From contig CBDASK010000003.1 of the NCBI GenBank assembly GCA_965199495.1, positions 2,112,001-2,176,000 of the forward strand: a stretch of 64,000 nucleotides of DNA, in the 5' to 3' direction. Source of the stretch: Abditibacterium sp. (GTDB lineage Bacteria; Armatimonadota; Abditibacteriia; Abditibacteriales; Abditibacteriaceae). The translations under genes were made by a program, and so were the position numbers. Of this stretch, positions 1 through 9,342 are shown piece by piece; the first letter of the stretch is position 1; each line of letters begins with the position of its first letter. The notes below the pieces were generated by a model. It did not search any database, was not told where the DNA came from, and worked only from the letters and a program-made list of their open reading frames with translations.

Positions 1-1024
1 GAATTCTGGAATCGGCAAACGCGACATCTTCGGGAATTGACGGATCGAGATGATGGCAAACCATCAGCATATCCAAATGTTCCTCGACGGTGTTAATCGT
101 AAAGGGCCGCGTCGGATTGGTCGAAGACGGCAAAACGTTGGGTTGCGCCGCGATGCGAATAATATCGGGCGCGTGGCCACCTCCGGCGCCCTCGGTGTGA
201 TAGGTGTGAATCGTGCGCCCGCCAATCGCGCGAATCGTGTCTTCGACGAAACCGGATTCGTTGAGCGTATCGGTGTGAATCGCGACTTGAACATCGAATT
301 CGTCGGCGACATTCAAACAGGTATCAATCGCTTTGGGCGTGCTGCCCCAATCTTCGTGCAACTTCAAACCGATGGCGCCCGCGCGGATTTGTTCGCGCAA
401 TGGTTGCGGCGTCGAGCAGTTGCCTTTGCCCAAAAAACCCAGGTTCATCGGAAACGCTTCGGCGCTTTCCAGCATTCGCGCCAAATGCCAACTTCCCGGC
501 GTGCAAGTCGTGGCCGATGTGCCCGCCGCCGGGCCGGTTCCGCCGCCGAGCATTGTCGTAATGCCGCTCGCCAGCGCCACTTCGATTTGCTGCGGGCAGA
601 TGAAATGAATGTGCGAATCAATCGCGCCCGCCGTCACGATGCGATTTTCGCCCGCAATAACTTCGGTCGAGGCGCCCACGACCATGTTAGCAGCCACGCC
701 GTCCTGCAAGTCGGGATTGCCCGATTTGCCGATGCCAACGATTACGCCATCGCGCAAACCAATATCGGCCTTGACGATGCCCCAATGATCGATAATCAGC
801 GCGTTGGTAATCACCGTATCCAAAACGCCGTCGGCGCGCGTGGCGCGCGCGCTTTGGCCCATGCCGTCACGGATAACTTTGCCGCCGCCGAACTTGATTT
901 CGTCGCCGTAAACGGTAAAATCTTTTTCAACGCGCGCCCACAAATCGGTATCGGCCAGACGCACGCAATCGCCGGTCGTCGGGCCAAACATCGCAGCGTA
1001 AGATTGGCGGTTTTGATAACTCAT
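1..1024 (-). CDS. ureC: Urease subunit alpha (partial, runs off the left edge)
   Basis: Not in the ORF track. Manual translation from the ATG at 1024 gives [28 protein letters not shown]...[14 protein letters not shown], with [19 protein letters not shown] and MLMVCHHL motifs downstream. Confidence 0.97.
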   Translation of the reverse strand, partial: MSYQNRQSYAAMFGPTTGDCVRLADTDLWARVEKDFTVYGDEIKFGGGKVIRDGMGQSARATRADGVLDTVITNALIIDHWGIVKADIGLRDGVIVGIGKSGNPDLQDGVAANMVVGASTEVIAGENRIVTAGAIDSHIHFICPQQIEVALASGITTMLGGGTGPAAGTSATTCTPGSWHLARMLESAEAFPMNLGFLGKGNCSTPQPLREQIRAGAIGLKLHEDWGSTPKAIDTCLNVADEFDVQVAIHTDTLNESGFVEDTIRAIGGRTIHTYHTEGAGGGHAPDIIRIAAQPNVLPSSTNPTRPFTINTVEEHLDMLMVCHHLDPSIPEDVAFADSRI

Positions 1025-1025
1025 T

Positions 1026-1424
1026 TTAGAGAAAGTAATGCGACAGACAAATCGAGACTGCGAGTTCGCCGCTCAGACGCAGCAATTCAACAGGCAGCAA
1101 ATCGTATTGCGCTGGGAACTCATTGGGATTTTTGCGGCCAATACCAAAGTCAAGCTGTGCATCGGCGTTAAATCCCGCTAATTTTCGCAAATCGCTTTCG
1201 TGAGCGCGCAGAAAAGCGAGCGAATCTTCAATTTGAGCGGGCAAATCGTCGGCATCGCTCACGTCAACTTTGAAACCGTTGTCATCGAAACGGCCCAGTT
1301 TTTTGGCGCCGGGAATAACTTCTTCGCCCACGCGATAAACCTGGTAAGGCTGCAAATTCGTCTCGCCCAAAAAGGCGCCGACATCGAAATCATCGCCGCT
1401 CACGCGCAAAACACATCCGGCCAT
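1026..1424 (-). CDS. Hypothetical protein, DUF4279-like, between ureB and ureC
   Basis: 132-aa ORF abutting the ureB stop and the ureC start. The pattern LRVSGDDFD...[12 protein letters not shown] resembles DUF4279-type proteins (recognition only). Confidence 0.6.
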   Translation of the reverse strand: MAGCVLRVSGDDFDVGAFLGETNLQPYQVYRVGEEVIPGAKKLGRFDDNGFKVDVSDADDLPAQIEDSLAFLRAHESDLRKLAGFNADAQLDFGIGRKNPNEFPAQYDLLPVELLRLSGELAVSICLSHYFL

Positions 1425-1775
1425 TTAAAGGTTCTCCCACGCGCTCAATCGCGTTTTGACTTCATCAAAATCCGTTGCGCCCGCCGTTAAATCATTGAAG
1501 CCAAACACCAATTTCGCGCCGCCGATTTCGACTAAGTTCACCGGCTTCTCTTCGCCCGGCTCGAACCGAACGGCAGTGCCCGCAGGAATATCGAGGCGCA
1601 TTCCAAACGCCGCTTCGCGGTCGAATTGTAGCGCGCGATTGACCTCGAAAAACGCGTAATGCGAGCCGACTTGGATCGGACGGTCGCCGACGTTTGTCAC
1701 GTCAATCGAGAGCGTGCGCCGACCGGCGTTAAGTTCGATGTCGCCGTCTGCGACGCGGTATTCTCCGGGAATCAT
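1425..1775 (-). CDS. ureB: Urease subunit beta
   Basis: MIPGEY...[19 protein letters not shown]...[18 protein letters not shown]. Confidence 0.97.
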   Translation of the reverse strand: MIPGEYRVADGDIELNAGRRTLSIDVTNVGDRPIQVGSHYAFFEVNRALQFDREAAFGMRLDIPAGTAVRFEPGEEKPVNLVEIGGAKLVFGFNDLTAGATDFDEVKTRLSAWENL

Positions 1776-1779
1776 AAGA

Positions 1780-2577
1780 TTATTCGTTCCAATTGGCGCG
1801 AGCTTTTGCCATCGTGTCGTTGAATTGGTTGAAAAATTCGTCGTATTTATGCGTGGTGTTGTCGCTCAATCCGGCGAAACGTTGGGCTTTGACGCGCTCA
1901 ACTGTAATTTCGCTCGCGTCGGGTTGCGTTTCGATGAGTTGCATCGCTTCGGCAATGAATTCATCCAATGGCATCGCATTGGGATCGTTGGCTTGCTTGT
2001 CACCTTGCAGCGACGTGGCGACATACGGCGGCACCAATTCCACGACTTCAACGTTGGTTTCTTTTAACTGATAACGCAAAGTTTGCGTGTAAGAATGAAT
2101 CGCGGCTTTAGTCGCGCAATACGTCGGATCGAGAAATAACGGCACATAAGCTAATCCGCTCGTCACCGTCATAATTGTGGCGTTTGTTTGTTGTTGCAAA
2201 TGCGGCAACAGATGCGCCGTCAAGCGAATTGGGCCGAGCAGATTAATATCAATCGTATTTTCGGCGATTCCAAGCGCGGCTGTGGGGTCATTGAGAATGT
2301 CCTCCGCTTGCATGATGCCCGCGTTGTTGATGAGAACATTCAATTCGGGAAATTGCGCTTTGACTTGCTGTGCCAATTCGCGCGTGCTGTCCGCATCAGC
2401 CACGTCGGCTTGCAGATACTTCATGCCTTCGTTGGCGGCGGCGACTTCGCGCAAAGTCTCTTCGTTGCGTCCGACGATAACGACTTGATTGCCTTTGCGG
2501 TGAAACGCCTCGGCTAACCCGCGCCCGATGCCGCTGTTGCCGCCGGTGATTAAGATGGTGTTGCCTGTAATTTTCAT
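1780..2577 (-). CDS. Short-chain dehydrogenase/reductase (DltE-like)
   Basis: TGGNSGIG Rossmann motif, NNAG, and the YCATK catalytic motif. Confidence 0.92.
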   Translation of the reverse strand: MKITGNTILITGGNSGIGRGLAEAFHRKGNQVVIVGRNEETLREVAAANEGMKYLQADVADADSTRELAQQVKAQFPELNVLINNAGIMQAEDILNDPTAALGIAENTIDINLLGPIRLTAHLLPHLQQQTNATIMTVTSGLAYVPLFLDPTYCATKAAIHSYTQTLRYQLKETNVEVVELVPPYVATSLQGDKQANDPNAMPLDEFIAEAMQLIETQPDASEITVERVKAQRFAGLSDNTTHKYDEFFNQFNDTMAKARANWNE

Positions 2578-2610
2578 GTGGAAGTCAAACTTTCAAATCC
2601 GACGCCTCGA

Positions 2611-2913
2611 TTATTGGATCGGTTGGTGAATCGTCACCAGTTTGGTGCCGTCGGGAAAAGTCGCTTCGACTTGCACTTCGCCGAGCATTTCGGGCACGCC
2701 TTCCATCACTTGATCGCGCCGCAGAATTTCGCGGCCCGAACTCATCAGTTGCGCCACCGAATTTCCGTCGCGCGCGCCTTCCATGATTTCGGCGGTGATG
2801 AGCGCCACGCATTCGGGATAATTCAATTTCACGCCGCGACTTAGACGCCGCCGCGAGACATCAGCCGCGACGACGATGAGCAATTTTTCTTTTTCGCGTT
2901 CGGTCAAAAACAT
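2611..2913 (-). CDS. ureA: Urease subunit gamma
   Basis: [12 protein letters not shown]...GVKLNYPE...[20 protein letters not shown]. Confidence 0.97.
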   Translation of the reverse strand: MFLTEREKEKLLIVVAADVSRRRLSRGVKLNYPECVALITAEIMEGARDGNSVAQLMSSGREILRRDQVMEGVPEMLGEVQVEATFPDGTKLVTIHQPIQ

Positions 2914-2938
2914 GGGGAAAGTGTAGCGATTGCGATCT

Positions 2939-3032
2939 GTAGAGACACCGACTTGTCGTGTCTAAAATGTCGGATTTACCGTAACGTTAAAGCAAATCGA
3001 ACGTTTTAGACACGACAAGTCGGTGTCTCTAC
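2939..3032. repeat. GTAG-type REP doublet (REPIN-like inverted repeat)
   Basis: Perfect 29-bp arms GTAGAGACACCGACTTGTCGTGTCTAAAA at 2939-2967 and 3004-3032; each arm is itself a hairpin. Confidence 0.85.
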
Positions 3033-3040
3033 GGAGTGCA

Positions 3041-3754
3041 TCAAACAGTCAAATGGCCGCGCAGAACTTCTTCCGACAATTCGTTTGGCCCGCCCTGCGC
3101 GACGATTGTGCCCTTGTCCATCACATACGAATAATCGGCGACTTTGGTGGCGAAATCCAGACTCTGCTCGACCAGCAAAACCGCGATTTCGCGTTTTTTC
3201 TTGAGCGATTCGATGAAATGTTCGATGTCCTGCACCACCGAAGGCTGGATGCCTTCCATCGGTTCGTCCAAAATCAGAATCTGCGGCGCGGTTGCCAGAG
3301 CGCGGCCAATCGCCAATTGTTGTTGTTGGCCGCCCGATAATTGGCCGCCGCGCCGAATCAGCATTTTGCCCAGCATCGGGAACGAATCGAAGATGATGTC
3401 GGGCAGTTTGTCGGGCCGCTTACCAGCCACGTCGGGCGCGGCTTCGAGGCCCAACTCCAAATTTTCCTCGACCGACAGTTGCGGGAAAATATCGCGGCCC
3501 TGCGGCACGTAACCCAAACCGGCGCGCGCGCGTTTGTCGGGCGTTGTCTTCGTAATGTCAACGCCGCCCAATTCGATTGTCCCATGCGTCGGGCGCAAAA
3601 GTCCCATGATTGATTTCAGCAGCGTCGTTTTGCCGACGCCGTTGCGACCCATGACGCACACGACCTGGCCTTTGCCGACTTCCATATTAAGGCGGTGCAA
3701 AACGGTCGCGCCGTCGTAGCCGACTTCCAAATCTTTGACTTTAAGCATCGACAA
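3041..3754 (-). CDS. urtE: Urea ABC transporter ATP-binding subunit
   Basis: Walker A GRNGVGKT, GYVPQGRDIF, LSGGQQQQLAIGRAL and LDEPMEGIQPS; last gene of the urt operon. Confidence 0.93.
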   Translation of the reverse strand: MSMLKVKDLEVGYDGATVLHRLNMEVGKGQVVCVMGRNGVGKTTLLKSIMGLLRPTHGTIELGGVDITKTTPDKRARAGLGYVPQGRDIFPQLSVEENLELGLEAAPDVAGKRPDKLPDIIFDSFPMLGKMLIRRGGQLSGGQQQQLAIGRALATAPQILILDEPMEGIQPSVVQDIEHFIESLKKKREIAVLLVEQSLDFATKVADYSYVMDKGTIVAQGGPNELSEEVLRGHLTV

Positions 3755-4526
3755 CTCTCCTTTGCAGATAAACCTGCGCCACGCGCTCGTCGGCCTGCAC
3801 TTCGTCCATCGTGCCCTCGCACAAGATTTTGCCTTCGTGCATCACCGTCACGGTCTGCGCGTATTTGCGCACGAATTCCATGTCGTGTTCGACCACCAAA
3901 ATTGAAATATCGTCGCCCAGTTTGTTGAGCAACTGTCCCAAATCGTCGGTTTCCTGATCGGTCATGCCCGCCGCCGGTTCGTCCAACAACAAAACGTCGG
4001 GCTTTTGCGCCAACGTCATGCCGATTTCGAGCCACTGCTTTTGCCCGTGCGCCAACGGCCCGGCCAAGCGTTGCGCCTCGTCTTGCAAACCGATGGTTTC
4101 GAGCCAATTCTCGATTTCGGCTTTCTGCGAATTGGTCGCTTTGGCGCGCAACGTCGCCCATAAACCACGCGGTGCGCGTAGTGCCAGCGCCAGATTATCC
4201 CAAACGGTCAGCGAGCCGAAAACCGAGGGCGTCTGGAACTTGCGCGCGATGCCGCGCGCCACGATTTGGTGTTCCTGCAACTTGCCCAAGTTGGTGCCAT
4301 CGGCCATCAAGACGCGGCCTTTGGTTGGCTCGATGCGCCCGCAAATCACGTCCAAAAGCGTGGTTTTTCCGGCTCCGTTGGGGCCAATCAAAAAGCGCAG
4401 TTCGCCTTTGTTGAGCTTGAAATTCAAACCCTCGACGGCCTTGAAGCCAGAAAATTCGACGGTGACATCTTCGGTGCGCAATGCGGGCAAGCCCGGCGTG
4501 GCTGCATCTGCGTTAAGGGGAGACAT
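3741..4526 (-). CDS. urtD: Urea ABC transporter ATP-binding subunit
   Basis: GPNGAGKT, RKFQTPSVF, HGQKQWLEIGM and LLDEPAAGMT. The start is uncertain (ATG 4526 or GTG 4553). Confidence 0.92.
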   Translation of the reverse strand: MSPLNADAATPGLPALRTEDVTVEFSGFKAVEGLNFKLNKGELRFLIGPNGAGKTTLLDVICGRIEPTKGRVLMADGTNLGKLQEHQIVARGIARKFQTPSVFGSLTVWDNLALALRAPRGLWATLRAKATNSQKAEIENWLETIGLQDEAQRLAGPLAHGQKQWLEIGMTLAQKPDVLLLDEPAAGMTDQETDDLGQLLNKLGDDISILVVEHDMEFVRKYAQTVTVMHEGKILCEGTMDEVQADERVAQVYLQRRVVDA

Positions 4527-5610
4527 CGGCGATAACGGATTGACGTTCGGCACTTTTCCACCTCCCGCGCGCGGCGCTCAGGCTTTTGCTGCCGCTGACT
4601 TGCTTGAGCCATCCCATAATGCCCTGCGGCAAAAATAGAACCACAAAAATAAATAATCCGCCCAACATATACGACCAAGTTTCGGGATATTGTTCGCTTA
4701 AAAAGTTCTCGCCGCTATTGACCAAAAGCGCGCCCAGAATCGCGCCAACTAAAGTCGCGCGACCGCCGATGGCAACCCATAGCACCATTTCGATGGAGAT
4801 TAATATATCCATTTTAACCGGTGTAATTAATCCTTCCTGCAATACGAAAAGCATTCCAGCCAAACCTGCCAGCGCCGCCGATAAACCGAACACGAAGGTT
4901 TGATAAATCACCGGATTGTATCCGGTAAAACGCGCGCGATTTTCGCCGTCGCGAATGGCGATTAACACTTTGCCAACTTTGCCATTGACCAAAGCGCGGC
5001 AACCGAAGTAGACCGCGACCAAGGCTGCGACGGTGATGTAATAAAGCGCGCGGTCGGTTTTGGGATCGTTGAGATCGTAGCCCAGAAACGTCTTGAAGTT
5101 CGTCATGCCGTTGGTGCCGCCGGTGTAGCCCTGCTGACCGACGAATAGCGTGACCATAACGAGCGCCAAGGCTTGCGACAGAATCGAGAAGAACACGCCT
5201 TTGATGCGATTGCGAAACGCCGCGTAACCGATTAAAGCGCCCAAGATTCCCGGCACGGCGATGGCGCCCAAAATGCCCATCGCCGGATAGCGGAACGGCT
5301 CGTAGAACCACGGCAATTTATCCAAATCGCTCCACGCCATGAAGTCGGGCAAACGCCCGCCCGACGCTTCGAGTTTCAGGTAAAGCGCCGTGCAATACGC
5401 GCCCAAACCGAAGAAAACGCCGTGTCCCAGCGATAGAATTCCGGCGTAACCCCAGATCAAGTCAATGCCCAACGCGACGATGGCGTAGCAGAGAAACCGC
5501 GCCAACAAATTGACGCGAAAATCGGGCAAAACAAACGGCGCAACGATGAGTAAACCGACGAGAAACGCGGTCACTAACCATTGAACTTTGGAATTTTTTA
5601 GTTTTTCCAT
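4513..5610 (-). CDS. urtC: Urea ABC transporter permease
   Basis: ALGIDLIWGYAGILSLGHGVFFGLG, LPDFMAW and GGTNGMT. The start is taken at MEKLKN (5610) because the longer ORF overlaps urtB and a repeat. Confidence 0.92.
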   Translation of the reverse strand: MEKLKNSKVQWLVTAFLVGLLIVAPFVLPDFRVNLLARFLCYAIVALGIDLIWGYAGILSLGHGVFFGLGAYCTALYLKLEASGGRLPDFMAWSDLDKLPWFYEPFRYPAMGILGAIAVPGILGALIGYAAFRNRIKGVFFSILSQALALVMVTLFVGQQGYTGGTNGMTNFKTFLGYDLNDPKTDRALYYITVAALVAVYFGCRALVNGKVGKVLIAIRDGENRARFTGYNPVIYQTFVFGLSAALAGLAGMLFVLQEGLITPVKMDILISIEMVLWVAIGGRATLVGAILGALLVNSGENFLSEQYPETWSYMLGGLFIFVVLFLPQGIMGWLKQVSGSKSLSAARGRWKSAERQSVIADVSP

Positions 5611-5622
5611 GATGAAGCGATG

Positions 5623-5718
5623 TTTCACACAAAGAAACAAAGATCGCACAAAGGGGACAAAAGGTTTTCTTGAGTTCTCTTTGTTTTCTTCGTGTGATCT
5701 TTGTTTCTTTGTGAGAAA
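5623..5718. repeat. Imperfect inverted repeat of the CACAAAG-unit family
   Basis: Arms TTTCACACAAAGAAACAAAGATC and GATCTTTGTTTCTTTGTGAGAAA; related to the element at 55920-56036. Confidence 0.8.
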
Positions 5719-5732
5719 AACTAATCTAAAAA

Positions 5733-6638
5733 CTAATCTAAAGCCCGGCTCCTTGTCGCGATGATACCTGCGGGCTTCCATTGCAAGAACAAAATGATGC
5801 AAACGAAAGTTAATACTTTGCCCAACGAAGCGGTCGTTTCGTATTCCCAACCGGTGTTCAAGCCGCCCATGCCAAGGGCACCAGCTACGGCGCCGACCAG
5901 AGAACCGACGCCGCCCAAAACTACGACCATAAACGAGTCCACGATGTATTTCGAGCCGACGCTGGGATTGATCGAAGACAGCAGCGTCAGGGCGCAACCG
6001 GCGATGCCCGCGACGCCCGAACCGACGGCGAAAGTTAAGGCATCCACGCGGCGGGTCGAGATGCCGACGCACGCGGCCATTTCGCGGTTTTGCATCGTCG
6101 CCTGAATGCGCCGTCCGTTGGCGGTTTTATATAGAAAATACCACATTCCAAACAAACTTAATGCCGCAATTAAAAGTATGAACAACCGATTATAAGGCAT
6201 TACCAATGTGCCAATCGTTAATTGATCGTTCAACCATTTCGGCGTGGCGACGTTGACGCCCAACGGCCCAAATATCGAGCGCGCCGCTTGCTGCAAAATC
6301 AGACTCACGCCCCACGTTGCCAAAAGCGTATCGAGCGGGCGTCCGTATAAGCGGCGCACGACGGTCGCTTCGAGCGCCCAACCCATAATTGCGGTGACGA
6401 CGAAAGCGAACGGAATCGCGGCGATGAAGAAAAAGCCCATCGCGCCCGGCGCGAATTTGGCGAACAAATTTTGCATCACATAGGCCGCATAAGCGCCCGC
6501 CATGATAAATTCGCCATGCGCCATATTAATTACGCCCATCAAGCCGAAAGTAACGGCTAAACCGAGCGCGACTAATAATAGGATGGAGCCTAAACTAATT
6601 GCGTTAAAGATGTTGGAAGCGAGTGCGGAAGTGTTCAT
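5733..6638 (-). CDS. urtB: Urea ABC transporter permease
   Basis: ALGLAVTFGLMGVINMAHGEFIMAGAY and LYGRPLDTLLATWGVSLILQQ. Confidence 0.94.
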   Translation of the reverse strand: MNTSALASNIFNAISLGSILLLVALGLAVTFGLMGVINMAHGEFIMAGAYAAYVMQNLFAKFAPGAMGFFFIAAIPFAFVVTAIMGWALEATVVRRLYGRPLDTLLATWGVSLILQQAARSIFGPLGVNVATPKWLNDQLTIGTLVMPYNRLFILLIAALSLFGMWYFLYKTANGRRIQATMQNREMAACVGISTRRVDALTFAVGSGVAGIAGCALTLLSSINPSVGSKYIVDSFMVVVLGGVGSLVGAVAGALGMGGLNTGWEYETTASLGKVLTFVCIILFLQWKPAGIIATRSRALD

Positions 6639-6644
6639 ATCTTA

Positions 6645-6751
6645 AGGGACAAGTAACAAGTGACAGGGAACAAGTGGCAGGGAAAGATTGAAATTTGCCA
6701 GAGCAGCTTTAAATTTCCGCCCTTGTTCCCTGTCCCTTGCTCCTTGTCCCT
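6645..6751. repeat. Inverted arrays of degenerate heptamer repeats
   Basis: AGGGACA AGTAACA AGTGACA GGGAACA AGTGGCA ... TGTTCCC TGTCCCT TGCTCCT TGTCCCT. Confidence 0.8.
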
Positions 6752-6756
6752 TCCGA

Positions 6757-8151
6757 TTACGAAGTCTTCAACTTCTCTTTCAGACCTTTGGCCCACGGAT
6801 AACCGTCCAAATACGGATCGGGTTTGACCGGGCCGCTCGAACTCCAGACCTGCTTGAACTGGCCGTTGGGCATGATTTGTCCGATGCGCGCGGTCTTGTA
6901 AATGTGCTGCGTCGGGCCGTCGATTTTGATCTGGCCTTCGGGCGCGTCGAACGTGATGCCGCCCGCCGCTGCCTTGACCTTAGCCACGTCGAACGACTTG
7001 GCTTTCTCGACCGAAGCTTTCCACAGGTAAACCGCGTCGTAGGCGGCTTCCATCGGGTCGTCGGTGTAGGGCGTTTTCGGGTTGGCCTTGATGAAATCGG
7101 CCACGAATTTCTTGTTGGCGGGCGTATCGGTCGTCTGGAAATAGTTCCAGGCCGCGTAATGTCCGGCCAGCTTGTCCGCACCAATCGCCGCGATTTCGGG
7201 TTCGGCAATCGAAACCGACATCACCGGCAACTGCTGCGCGGTGATGCCAACCGCTTTCATCTGCTTGAAAAACTCGACGTTCGAGTCGCCGTTGAGCGAG
7301 TTGAAAACCACGTCCGGTTGCGCTGCCTTGATTTTATCGACCAGAGTCGCGTAATCGCGATGGCCGAGGGGCGTATATTCTTCGCCAACCGGCGTCAAAC
7401 CGGCGCCTTTGAGTTGCGCTTTAATTTCGGCGTTGGCGGTGCGCGGGAAGACGTAATCTGAGCCGAGCAAAAAGAACTTTTTCTTGCCCGATTTCAGCAG
7501 CCAATCGACGGCGGGCGAAATCTGTTGGTTTGTGGTGGCTCCGGTATAAAAGATGTTGGGCGAAGTTTCCATGCCCTCGTATTGGACGGGATAATACAAC
7601 AATCCATTGTATTTCTCGAAGACGGGCAGCACGGTTTTGCGCGAAACGCTCGTCCAGCAACCGAAGACGGCGGCGACTTTGTCCTGCGTCAACAGTTTCT
7701 CGGCTTTGGTTTTGAAAGTGTCCCAATCCGACGCGCCATCTTCGGTGACGGGCTTGATTTGCTTGCCCATCACGCCGCCTTTGGCGTTGATCTCGTTGAT
7801 GGCCAGCATTTCGGCGTCTTTGACGGTCGTCTCGGAAATCGCCATCGTGCCGGTCAGCGAATGCAAAATGCCGACGGGCACTTCTTTGACATCGGCTTTA
7901 TCGTAAACCGAGGCATCCACTTTGTCGCCCGTCGCGGCGGCGTCGGTCGACGTGGCTGCTGCGTTGGCGTCGCTCATGGCGGGCGCGGCGTTGTCGGCGG
8001 GTGCTTCCTGTTTGCCGCCGCAACCGGCGATGCCCAACATGGCAACGCCCAAAAGCGCGCTCGACCACAGCAGTTTTTGGGGAAGGTTAATGCGGCTTTC
8101 GACGCGCGGGGCGCCAGCAACAGAAGAAGGAGTTAGGGAAGGGATATTCAT
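6757..8151 (-). CDS. urtA: Urea ABC transporter substrate-binding lipoprotein
   Basis: Lipobox IAGC, VGILHSLTGTMAISE, VFGCWTSVSRK, YPVQYEG and LGSDYVFPR. Confidence 0.95.
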   Translation of the reverse strand: MNIPSLTPSSVAGAPRVESRINLPQKLLWSSALLGVAMLGIAGCGGKQEAPADNAAPAMSDANAAATSTDAAATGDKVDASVYDKADVKEVPVGILHSLTGTMAISETTVKDAEMLAINEINAKGGVMGKQIKPVTEDGASDWDTFKTKAEKLLTQDKVAAVFGCWTSVSRKTVLPVFEKYNGLLYYPVQYEGMETSPNIFYTGATTNQQISPAVDWLLKSGKKKFFLLGSDYVFPRTANAEIKAQLKGAGLTPVGEEYTPLGHRDYATLVDKIKAAQPDVVFNSLNGDSNVEFFKQMKAVGITAQQLPVMSVSIAEPEIAAIGADKLAGHYAAWNYFQTTDTPANKKFVADFIKANPKTPYTDDPMEAAYDAVYLWKASVEKAKSFDVAKVKAAAGGITFDAPEGQIKIDGPTQHIYKTARIGQIMPNGQFKQVWSSSGPVKPDPYLDGYPWAKGLKEKLKTS

Positions 8152-8445
8152 AACCAGTTGTAAATCGTGCGCTGCCGGGAAAGGGCGCCGAAACCACGAA
8201 TTCGTGGCACGGCGAGGATTTTAGGTGGCACTTGTTACCAACTGGTTTCTTTAAGGTAAATTTAAACTCTTTTTGTTGTCGCAAAAAAGATACGTTAATG
8301 AAATGAAAACGAAACAAAAGGGATTTAACATCTTTGGGACGATGCGACGGGCGCTTTGAATTCGTTCGTTTTTCGCGCTGGCAACATGGAAACAGTGCCA
8401 ACAAACGTTTGAATTGAGCTTTCGCACGCAATCACCCCAGAGATT

Positions 8446-9270
8446 ATGAATTCAATTCACTCCCCACAAAAGACGTTTTCCCTGTCGCGCCCTGCCGCCC
8501 TTTTGGTCGCTGGCGCTCTGATCGGTGCGCTCGCCGCTCCTGCCGCTCACGCGACCGATTCTGGTCTGGGTTTTTACCCGACCGCCGACATTTATCCGTC
8601 GGGCAACTATCACTTCGACGCCGACAGCTTTGGTAGCGGCATCAAAACCAACTTGACCAACTCGGTCGGTCTGGAATACGGTTTTGGCGGCGACCGCGAC
8701 GGATTATTTGGCCGCAACGAAGTCGGCTTCGATTACGGCGTCTCGAACTTTCTCGATGACCGGCCCGGCGACCGCGTTTCGCTGAACTTCAAGACGCAGC
8801 TTTATAACAACACCGCCAAAACCGAGCGCATTTCGCTGGGCTTTGGCGGGCTGGGCAGCAGCAACACTTTTTCCAGCACAAATATCCGTTTGTTGGGCTA
8901 CAAAGGCTTCAGTTTCGGGCGCGTTCACGCGGGCGTTTACAAGGACATCAAACGCAAAAGCGGCGGCTCCGATACCGGCGGCATCCAGTTGGGTTTCGAC
9001 CGTTCGGTCGGCAAACACATCATCGTTGGCGGCGACTATCGCAGCGGCCCATCGGGTTTTCTGGCGCCCTGTATCATCTACAATTTCAACGATAAAGCCG
9101 ACGTTGAATTGTGCCTTGGTATCGCCAACAATTCCAACGTTTCGCCGCGCAACCAGACTTATATCGGCTTCGACTATAACTTCGACTTCAAGAAAAACAG
9201 AGATGTCTCGCCGGTCAATCCGCCCAACCTCGACACCACGCCGGGCGATGCCAACCCCGGCCCGCAGTAG
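8446..9270 (+). CDS. Secreted or outer-membrane beta-strand-rich hypothetical protein
   Basis: Signal peptide (APAAHA), alternating aromatic/Gly strands and YIGFDYNF near the C-terminus; divergent from urtA. Confidence 0.7.
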   Translation: MNSIHSPQKTFSLSRPAALLVAGALIGALAAPAAHATDSGLGFYPTADIYPSGNYHFDADSFGSGIKTNLTNSVGLEYGFGGDRDGLFGRNEVGFDYGVSNFLDDRPGDRVSLNFKTQLYNNTAKTERISLGFGGLGSSNTFSSTNIRLLGYKGFSFGRVHAGVYKDIKRKSGGSDTGGIQLGFDRSVGKHIIVGGDYRSGPSGFLAPCIIYNFNDKADVELCLGIANNSNVSPRNQTYIGFDYNFDFKKNRDVSPVNPPNLDTTPGDANPGPQ

Positions 9271-9282
9271 AAATTAAACGCA

Positions 9283-9322
9283 GAAAACGCCGATGGCTAT
9301 CCGAGAAGCCATCGGCGTTTTC
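9283..9322. terminator. Likely bidirectional intrinsic terminator
   Basis: GAAAACGCCGATGGCT-loop-AGCCATCGGCGTTTTC between convergent genes. Confidence 0.8.
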
Positions 9323-9342
9323 GCGTTTTTTAACGCGCTTTT

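Noticed and set aside
50..1171. 373-aa plus-strand ORF
   Set aside because: It is the antisense shadow of ureC; the minus strand carries the urease motifs.
5611..6072. N-terminal extension of the 519-aa UrtC ORF
   Set aside because: It overlaps urtB and runs through a palindromic repeat; UrtC similarity begins at MEKLKN (5610).
8152..8445. Possible sigma54 or GlnR/NtcA sites upstream of urtA
   Set aside because: The TGGCAC hexamers lack a correctly spaced TTGC, and the other matches are too loose to support.
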